A DNA stretch of 64,000 bases from Hyphochytrium catenoides (taxonomy: Eukaryota > Protista > Hyphochytriomycota), in contig FLMG01002540.1 of assembly GCA_900088475.1 (NCBI GenBank), forward strand, positions 62,001-126,000, written 5' to 3'. Shown piece after piece: positions 52,898-61,698 of the stretch. How positions within the stretch are numbered: position 1 is the stretch's first letter; the number at the start of each line of letters is the position of its first letter. Both the position numbers and the translations under genes were made by a program. The notes under the pieces were generated by a model that had not been told where the DNA came from, made no database searches, and saw only the letters and a list, made by a program, of their open reading frames with translations.

Positions 52898-53860
52898 GAC
52901 GTACCACCAAGGTGGTGGACGAGATACCCAGGGTGCAGCAGTAGATGTTGCCGCCAGCCTCCTTCCGCAGAAAGCGGAGAGATATTTGAGGATGGTCAAC
53001 GATCAGATGGGGATCGTAGAAACAAAAAACTGCGGTCTCAGGGAAAGCGAGATGCACTCGCTAGATACTTGTGGCGGGCACCCGGTGGTGTCCCGAGTTT
53101 GGCTTTAATGGAGTTCGTCAGCCATCGACAGAGCCTTTGGGAGTTGGAGGAGGAGGCACTGTCAGAGGTTCACATAACCCCAGCTGCCAGGCTCCCGGAG
53201 CAAGGGATGCCTGCGTGGGCTTTGTTTGGGTACAACGGTGCCCATGGGAGGACCGACGAGCTTACCCTCCTGCATAGCGTCCGGCAAGCTTGGGCAAGTC
53301 TGGTACACAATAGTGTCCGATGGCAGGCCAGCGATCCCAAGTTCGATGGACGGTCGTTCCCAGAGGCAGCAGGAAGCAAGATCATGGGTTTGCATATGGG
53401 TAGATCGCATTACCACCAGTAGCAGCATCGAGGAGTTTGCCCTCGTAAGGGACATGACGCGCTGCGGTTTAGCACATCACCAGCTAGACATTCGAGATTC
53501 CATCTGCTAGGAAAGGAGCAGCTTTGGCGACACGGAAGCGGCTATAAAAAAAGAACTCCCAAAGGCTCTGTCGATGGCTAAGGAACTCCATTAAAGCCAA
53601 ACTCGGGACACCACCGGGTGCCCGCCACAAGTGTCTAGCGAGAGCATCTCGCTCTTCCTGTGACCGCAGACTCCCGCTTCTACGATCTGATCGTTGACCA
53701 TCCTCAGACATCTTCAACGTCCTATGGCAGTCATTATCAGTAGCCCACCTACAACAGCAGCAGCAGCCAGGTAACCCCGAGGTCCTCCTCCTACTCTTCT
53801 CCTGCTGCTGTCTTCTTTCCTCTGGTGCACTGTAAACCGAAAACTGGTCATCTCTCGGTC
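52898..53860. pseudogene. Two convergent fragments of the same unknown gene family
   Basis: Plus strand 'YPGCSSRCCRQ...EDGQRSDGDRR..LRSQGKRDALARYLWRAPGGVPSLALMEFVSHRQSLWE'. Minus strand 'LPGCCCCCRW...EDGQRSDRR..LRSQEERDALARHLWRAPGGVPSLALMEFLSHRQSLWE'. Both are flanked by stops. Confidence 0.5.
52980..53713. repeat. Inverted repeat: arms 52980-53145 and 53554-53713, spacer ~408 bp
   Basis: The reverse complement of the right arm aligns to the left arm. The inner ~100 bp differ at 4 positions. The outer part is more diverged and has a 6-nt indel. Confidence 0.95.
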
Positions 53861-55075
53861 ATTTAAGGCTGGCCAAGCCACGAACCGGATAATCCTTCAC
53901 AGAATTATTTTGGGTCGTCCTCGGAGAGTTACTGTCAACTGCTTGCAGACCTGCTGCATGGTGAAGCTTGGTCTATAACGACAATTGGTGGTGTCTCGAC
54001 CTTAAAGAAAGGGGCAATCCGAGGTATAGTCCCCACCATCGACGCACTCTTGAGCAGATACTACCTCGAAGAATAAGGCGCTTGGTGGTGGGTGCATACA
54101 TTCCCGGCCCATTCTATACCAATCGCAACTCTTTTTGAATTCTTCGTCCTCCGCAACGTCGTCAATATCTTTTTTTCTAAGCTTGCATATTCCTTTTCAT
54201 TGGAATTAGTCGAAGGCGGCTCTTCAATCTTCCCTCCTCCTTGTGACGCTCTGTTGTTGTGACTACTATACTTGATCAGCAAGTTCATCAAGGTGCCACA
54301 TACAATTCACAGAGGAGTAATTGGCTACCAATTGTAGTCTAACCATCGCTTCGTGGAGAGACTATATGTGATAATATTTATCATGGCCCTTAAGAATGTG
54401 TCTCCACCCCCCTTTCGTGAGTGCGCTTATGGCGAACCTTCTGATCTGGAAGACTTCGTTCTCACCTAAAGTAGGCAGCGGCGGCTGTACCTTGGTTTGT
54501 CAGCCTGGTGTGATCATCATCACTTACCGTGCGAGCACCACGTTGCCTTATTGCAAAGTAAAATGAGTGTTTGACGCTGCAAGTGGCATCCGACGAACAA
54601 GCAGCCGACAAGTTTAGTAGTAGGGTCACATAAGAAGAAAGGGGAAGTAGATGCAGAGATGATCCAGGTCCGTCCTTCATTATTAAGCTGAGAACCAACA
54701 CAGTGGGCCAATCGAAAAATATCGTCCCTTCCCTTTTCTGATACTTGTGAGTGCCTGCAAAAGGCACAGCAGAATAGCAAGGAAGATAATGTAAATGGGC
54801 TCTATCTTCCGACCGAGTTGATGAGGCTGCCAACATTCAAAAAACATTTTATAAAAAATTATCTGTCTTTACTAAGGCCTTATCTTTTTTGCTATTGAAC
54901 TCTATTTCACCCATCATAGTTTCAGAGGGAGTTTCGGGACGGGCAGTGCGCCGATTGCCTTATTAGTTGTTCTTTGTCTGTCTAGAGCGGTATGGTAAAC
55001 CGATTGAGACCCACGTTGTATTGGGCGGTGGTATGGTATACTACTCGTATACTCGCACTTCATACCGAATTCCAT

Positions 55076-55240
55076 CAGAGGGGTATGGTATACCGCTGGG
55101 TAATACGGCCTTAGCATCTGCGGGGTATGGTATACCGTATAGAACTACGGTATAAAGACCTAGTCCGACACCAACTTTACTGTCGCCGAGATTAGTATCG
55201 GTATCGTTATTACCGGTATTATGGATACCACACCCCTCTG
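55076..55240. mobile_element. Small non-autonomous TIR element (MITE/hAT-like relic)
   Basis: Ends are CAGAGGGGTATGGTAT and ATACCACACCCCTCTG (15/16 inverted match). GGTATGGTATACCG-type and ATACCG/CGGTAT motifs occur internally and in the flanks. No target-site duplication is visible. Confidence 0.55.
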
Positions 55241-55930
55241 GTATGAAGTTGAGCGTAACGGCATGGGAGATGGGTAATAAAATAAGGGGGCCCTTGAATG
55301 CCCAGTGTAAAGTGATAGTATAGCTGGAGAGGCACACACATCATAGAGACAGAACTGTGATAGGTTGTAACCAACATTCTGCTGTTCTCTATGTCATTTG
55401 GACAAGATTGATGTTTGGTGTATGATGAGAAGGAGATTTGGGGTGCGGTTGTGATGATCAAGAAGGCTTTGTCCTCTTCCTCCTTTCTTCATGATTGCGG
55501 GAAGCGTTGAGAGTAGGTAGCCCTAGGAACTAGAAGGAAGGTTATTACACAGTTGAGTCTTCAGTATTTCCAGGAGGAGGACCGTCTTACCTCCTGCTGG
55601 GATCGGGATCGGATGATTGGGCTCTTCTTCGTAGGAGGGAGGACCTGATGACCATACCGATGGTACGAGACGAGTCAGTCTGTAGGCGATGCTCAGCCCT
55701 CATGAAACTCAGTAAGAAGAGAACCTTACCATTTGCGCGAAAAGAGGTTTGTTGTCCAAGTTCTTCCTTGACGGGAGTTCGGAGATAGTCAAGAGACGAA
55801 CAACTAAGGGTACTCTGGGAGGTTGCTTAGACTTGTCGTAGTTCAAGGGGAAGCTGAGATCACGTGAAAGAACGGAAAGACATTCTACTTCAACTACCGA
55901 TACTCAGTGTTTCATTATATAGAAACGGAT

Positions 55931-58114
55931 ATGGCCGCCTCCAACCCGGAGGGCTCACTCTTGGTGACAGAAGCAACACTGCTCACAAAGATCTTCTCAT
56001 CGCCTCGTAGGACAAAAGCTACCTCTAGAAGACTCCGTGTACAACCACTCACGATGTCTCAGTCTCGAAACCCAGATGGCCCAGCTGAAGAGAGAGATAC
56101 CTCAACAGTTATCCAGCGCGTCACAAAACACCTGAGCTGTGAGCAATCGTTGCCAAGTGGTGTAACAAGTCGCACGGGTCAGACAAGGAGGGCTATTACC
56201 CTGGTCTCCACGCTTCCGTATCAGGAGTTCACGACTCAAGAGAGCCAGACAACTTTGCTCATGCGGATGTTCCCTAGCAAGTTGCATCTGACTCAGTCTT
56301 GGATAAAGTACAGCCGCTACATGCAGGCGGTCACGCAGGTCTCTTTGATCATCACAGTGATCATCTTTTTCCTGCAAGCAGTTGACTTTAGCGCGAGTGT
56401 GCAACGCCCACTCAGTGTTTTGTGCTTCTTTTGCGCACTGATTGTCACGCTGGCTTATTTCGGCAACATCAACTACCGGCTCCTCTCTATTCTGCTGCTG
56501 TATTTGGAGACTCTCTTCTTTGCGGGAGAAGCGCTAGTATTTGCATTTTCTCTCTGGGGAGTCTTCTGCTTCTCTGTTTCGGGTTTCTTCATCAGTGCTG
56601 CAGCCCTTATGTCAGGGTTTTGGTTTATTCTCTACGATGCGTTCCCTCTCTATGTGAGGCAGACCTCCTTACGCTGGAGTTGCCTTTTAGGGTTCTCAGG
56701 ATTCAGCTTTCTGTTGTTTGGCGTGTCCATGAGACTGTTCAAAGGGATGTGCTTCAATCGGATGGACATCTTTCGAGGGCTAATCAAAGAGGATGATAGG
56801 ACTGTCTGGAGTTTCTCCATACAAGAGGCATGCCTGAACGCTGGGTGTACGCTCTTTCTCTTGGCAGTGAGAGCAGTTCTTGTGGCCGTCTTTCGGCCTT
56901 CGCAATGCGTAATAATTCAGGCTCCTCTGCGGCATGTAACGACACACACAGAGAAGGAGCAGGCTATTGTTGACGAAGAAATATGCCGTTGGACTAGAAG
57001 AATTGCCTTGGCTGATCAACGAGCTATCTCACTTCAGCAAGCTCGCGAGGAAAGTTTGATAAGGTCAAGCGTGACCAGACTTGAAAGCTCACCTTATCGT
57101 TCGCCGCCCAAGTGGAACTTAATCCTGGTGTCAGAAATGCCAGCAAAGAGGCTGAATGCGTTGGAGAGCTCGATGACCTGGATGCTGAAAATCTGTGGGC
57201 AGCGGTACAACAGCTTCTTTTTGAAGAATAGCAAACTATTATCTGTTTTCCTTGGATCCGTTAGCCTCATATGGTTTCTGGTCTTTACGCATTTGTATCC
57301 TCACAACATCTCAGAGTTTCGCGGACTTGGTTTCCAAATTTCTGGCGTCATGGCTCTGCTTCAACTTGGCCAAATGTATGCTGCCGTAACAAATTGCACC
57401 TTGAGTGCGATGGTCTACAGATCGTTTGACACTATGTTCATATTGGGTGAATGCTTTCTGCTCTCAGGGTCTCTATTCTTTGTGCTCTGCCCTACCAAGC
57501 CTAGCCCCTTTTATGCGATCTGCTTCTTTTGCGCGATCTCTCTGTTGTCTGTACCTTACGATGCGATCTCCCCTAACGCTCGTAGAAAGCTGCTTAAGGG
57601 CTTCGGTATGACGGTAATCAGCTTGGTGCTGTTGATGTGCTTCATCCATTTTCACTACCTGGGGACCATGTGCAATTGCCTTTACGATATGGGCTATGGG
57701 TTCACGATTCTTCAACCTGTCCGCGGCCTTGACGATACCACAAATTTGCTTGTTACATTGCATAAGGAAAGGAAAAGGACGGGCGAAGACGCAGCGTTTG
57801 GAGGAATATCTATTCTGGAGTTCTGTCTTACTCGCTGCCTCACATTGCTCATCCTGCTCAGTAGGGTCATCGTCTACGGCATTCGGTGCCCTGGACTATG
57901 TACTCTTCTGCAATCGCCCATTCGGCTGTTGGAAGGAATTGTGGCTGGTGAAGAGGAGGAAATTGTCACAGGTGAAGGAAAAAAGGAGTACGACTGCAAG
58001 GCGGCATCAGAAGTTGTTGTGGCAGCAACAGAGAGTAGTTCATCGGGCATTACTCAACGCCAAGAAGACATACCTCAGCTTCGCAGTGGCGAAGAAGTTA
58101 CTATGAAGAGCTAG
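55931..58114 (+). CDS. Intronless ~727-aa membrane protein with two tandem ~6-TM repeats
   Basis: Uninterrupted ORF from the first ATG at 55931, with about 12 hydrophobic segments. The halves share LETLFFAGE/FDTMFILGE, YDAF/YDAI, SIQEACL/SILEFCL and PSQCVIIQAPLR/PGLCTLLQSPIR. Confidence 0.85.
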   Translation: MAASNPEGSLLVTEATLLTKIFSSPRRTKATSRRLRVQPLTMSQSRNPDGPAEERDTSTVIQRVTKHLSCEQSLPSGVTSRTGQTRRAITLVSTLPYQEFTTQESQTTLLMRMFPSKLHLTQSWIKYSRYMQAVTQVSLIITVIIFFLQAVDFSASVQRPLSVLCFFCALIVTLAYFGNINYRLLSILLLYLETLFFAGEALVFAFSLWGVFCFSVSGFFISAAALMSGFWFILYDAFPLYVRQTSLRWSCLLGFSGFSFLLFGVSMRLFKGMCFNRMDIFRGLIKEDDRTVWSFSIQEACLNAGCTLFLLAVRAVLVAVFRPSQCVIIQAPLRHVTTHTEKEQAIVDEEICRWTRRIALADQRAISLQQAREESLIRSSVTRLESSPYRSPPKWNLILVSEMPAKRLNALESSMTWMLKICGQRYNSFFLKNSKLLSVFLGSVSLIWFLVFTHLYPHNISEFRGLGFQISGVMALLQLGQMYAAVTNCTLSAMVYRSFDTMFILGECFLLSGSLFFVLCPTKPSPFYAICFFCAISLLSVPYDAISPNARRKLLKGFGMTVISLVLLMCFIHFHYLGTMCNCLYDMGYGFTILQPVRGLDDTTNLLVTLHKERKRTGEDAAFGGISILEFCLTRCLTLLILLSRVIVYGIRCPGLCTLLQSPIRLLEGIVAGEEEEIVTGEGKKEYDCKAASEVVVAATESSSSGITQRQEDIPQLRSGEEVTMKS

Positions 58115-61100
58115 TCAGCTCAAAAGTATACACTTCATCTTCAGGTAGACATGATCACTAAGACTGCCGCTACTGCCACCGCCGGAAATCTTTATCGGGC
58201 AATGAAGAGACTGTTGACAAGCTCGTAGTTCGTGACTTTGGTTATTGAGCTCGACGGAGGCTAATATTTGCTTTCAACAAGAATACTCCGTCTTCTTGGG
58301 ACTGGTTCTGAACTGCAATGGCTTCATGTTCTTAAGAAGGGGGGTGCTAGCTGATACTGTCGGGATGCGGACAAGTTAAGTGGCTGAGACGTAGAGAAGG
58401 ATGTCACATTCGAGTAGTAGCGAAAAGCAATTGACGTATTTGTGAATGCGTATAGCTATTAATAAGAGTAAGGTGGGTTAGGGGTCCATATCGCAGAAGC
58501 CTTCGTGGACATTGAATCCTTGACGAGAAGCATCCACTTCTGGTGTCATCCATCGCCCACCGGATGTGGAGACTACGCCGTTGGACAACCACCACCACCG
58601 CCAGGTGAGAGCAAGGACCACTCTACTGTGCCCTTTGCTTTATGTTATTAGGACTGTGAATGAAGTCTTTCTGTCTATTCGTTCGCCTATGTAGAGAAGA
58701 GCCGTCCCTACGATGGAGCAGCAATCTTTAGCTGATGAGTCCTTTGCACACGGGCAAGCGAGCGGTGGTTGTCATCGTGCAGGGAATGAAATGCTTTAAT
58801 AGTCGGGTTACTTGTTCGGCGACTGTTGTTGTCATTAAGGGGCATGGTCTAACCTACTATTAACAAGAGTGGGCAAACGTTATTGAACATTAGTGCAATG
58901 GCAGCTCACAAAGTTAGGAGATGTCTCGCTTTCGAGATAAGAACGTCAAAAGACTATAACGTCGTCCGCTAGTAGAAAGTGCATGAAGTCCTGATGTGGC
59001 TACCAGAAGGTAAAAAGGCTCTTTTTGTTGTCAGCTCTTCTCGTCATTCAGAAAGTGAAGACGTAGCGTCTAAGTGGGACATAACAACAAGAGAGGCCAA
59101 ATCTCCGTGACTGAGACGTTGTTCTTCTAGTAGACACCCTATCTCACGGCGGCAGTGCTCTGTTTCACTTCTTTCTCGCGGATACATGTGGTCATCAGCA
59201 TTCTTTTTCTCTGTTTGTCAGACCTATTTGATGGATGACAGTTACCTCTTGGGGCTCAAGCGAAGCATGCAAGATTATTGATGGATACGAAAAATAGCTA
59301 GTAGAAGTATTGTTGCTTGCAAAGAGAAGCATCCCTCTCCATCTTCAACCTAATTATGGCAGTCATTAGTAGTCCACCTAACAGCAGCAGCAGTGATAGC
59401 AAGGACGGCAAAAGGAGGTGACCCTCGAGGTCCTACGACTACTCTTCTGCTGCTCACTTCTGGTGGTTCGCTCCCATTCATGATGGAAGTAGTAGTGCTA
59501 ATAAACCCAATTCTTATTCGTTATAAACAGCGGAAGATGAAGAACTACTATGTCTTCATGGCGTCAAGGAGGATCGAGGAACAATAGGGATGAGGATCTC
59601 ACCACACTCATCATCAAACAGAAAGGGGATCGCACGAGTAGCCTACTACGTACCTCTAATAATAGTAGGAGGCGGAACCATGATGGCGGAATGACGACCT
59701 TTCTCGTCTTTTCTTGGTGCTTTGGAAGATGATATGGCTCATTGTCATCAAATATAAATAAGTGCATGTTGTTGGGGCTTTCCTCGTTAGTTAGTCCTGC
59801 ATCTACCACGACTTCCGCCGCTCGCGGCGCCGTGGTGCACTGTTGCTGCTTGAAAAATAGTATGGATAGGTCGTTGCAAGAGACGTAGCAGAAGAACGAA
59901 GAAGGGGGAAAGGAGGAGAGAAGAAGAAGAAGAGTACTGCGTAGCGGTGCTCTCACCATCACTGTTCTATTACTTTTCACATTGTCTTCTACAACGAGGT
60001 TAGTTACAAGAGGAAGACGGATAAAGCCCAGTAGTCTGCTGATCAATAGAAGAAGAGAGTAGCTAAAGCTAACCGTAGTATCGCGAACACAAGCAAGATA
60101 GAAGACGGACTATATCTTTCCTACTCGGACTTAAAGTGACCCCCTCGGTCCATAAAGCACTCCCTGCTGACTGTTTGTTGGGTGGTAGGGAAGGCAAAGA
60201 CGGACATTACTGCTCCTCCGCTCGCTTCTGTCATGGACGCGCCTAACCCACCAGTGCCCTATTCTCAAGGTGATGAACGCTCCCCTAGCTCCACCGCAGG
60301 TCTTATAATGAATTTGAGCCCGACAATGTTCGTCATGAAAATAAGTGTCGAAAGTGCTTGGTGTACGCCGCTACAGACGTAGCGACACTTCCCGCTGCAT
60401 GATGATGATGTTACGGAAAAGGAAAACTACATTTGCTGCACGGAATGGTTCGTGAACAGTTACGTCAAAGGTCATGCAGCAACAACGCCAGGTGGGACCG
60501 TAGTCCTCGGCGTAACAATGTCACTGACCAGGGTAGCCGCGATTGGGAAGAGTTCAATCAGGCTGCTCTTCTTCTGCTTTATTAGTAGTCAGAAGGTCTG
60601 CTGGTCTTCTAACCGCACCTATCTATTATCATGATATTCCCAAGACCATCTGGAGTTCCATACAAGGTTTCATCTAATCTCAGAGGTCGTCAGTCCTACA
60701 AATGATGCCATGATCTTGACCATCACTACGCCGCCTACATACTCCGCCTAAGGTGTAGGTGGGTGGTGGTGGTAGACAAGTCGCCTGCTTGCTATTATGT
60801 CGTCGGTCAAATGGCACATGATGGTAGCGCCGCCCTTCTTTGGTCCAGGCTCTACCACCTTTTCTAGGCCGCCCAGTGAGCGGTGGAGACGACGTCGTTG
60901 AGAGAATAGACTTCTTGTTCTGTGATGATGCTAAAGATTTCATCTTTTTGTCAAACTGCTGGTGGAAGAAAGCTGCAAGCTCATGGAAGGAAAGTCTTTG
61001 AGTGGAACCCACAACTGGATGAAGGGGGGACCATCCTTTGTAATGATCTATAATATGAGGCCTTGGATGCAGAATCATTATATTTGGTCCAGTGTGAAGC

Positions 61101-61698
61101 TCCCCAGCATTCTCTTGTATTCCTGATATCAGACGGGTCGGGGATGTCCATCATCTGATTGTGGGCAGCATGCGGCACCACCTCAGCCGCTGACTTCCAA
61201 ACTTCCTTGCGACACAGAGTGGGACAAGAAGACGGGGTTATGACACCTAGAGATTTGGACTGCCGCTGGCTTGTTGATGCTGATGGATCTTCTTTCTGTA
61301 AGACACTACTACTCCTCCTCGTGCGCCGTTCTCGCTGCACTCAGCAGCATGATGGGCAGGTAACAAAGAGACTCGACGCCGCAACGAGAAGGCCGTTTCT
61401 CCTCATGTATGAATGATGAAAGCCTTATATTATCGTCTTTAGTAGTAGTTCTTCAGAGGGGAAAAAATAGGAGGATTGAGTGAAGAATGATTGAGTACCA
61501 GCAGTTCGCGACAGTATATACAGCGGCACAGGTGGTCTGATGTTGATGGAAAAGGCTGGTACCATCTCACACTGCTGATGATCAGCCCAATGATAACACG
61601 GCCGCATATATATTATAAGCCATCATCCCCACCACCGACGACCGACGCCCATCCCAGCAGCATACGGGAGGAAATAGTTACAACCAACAACGTCTATC

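Noticed and set aside
52980-53713. The inverted repeat as the TIRs of a DNA transposon
   Set aside because: The arms are internal pieces of a reading frame, similarity fades outward instead of ending sharply, and no TSD is evident.
60680-61078. Ankyrin repeat from 'GWSPLH' on the minus strand
   Set aside because: It is a single short match without the following ankyrin helices or further repeats.
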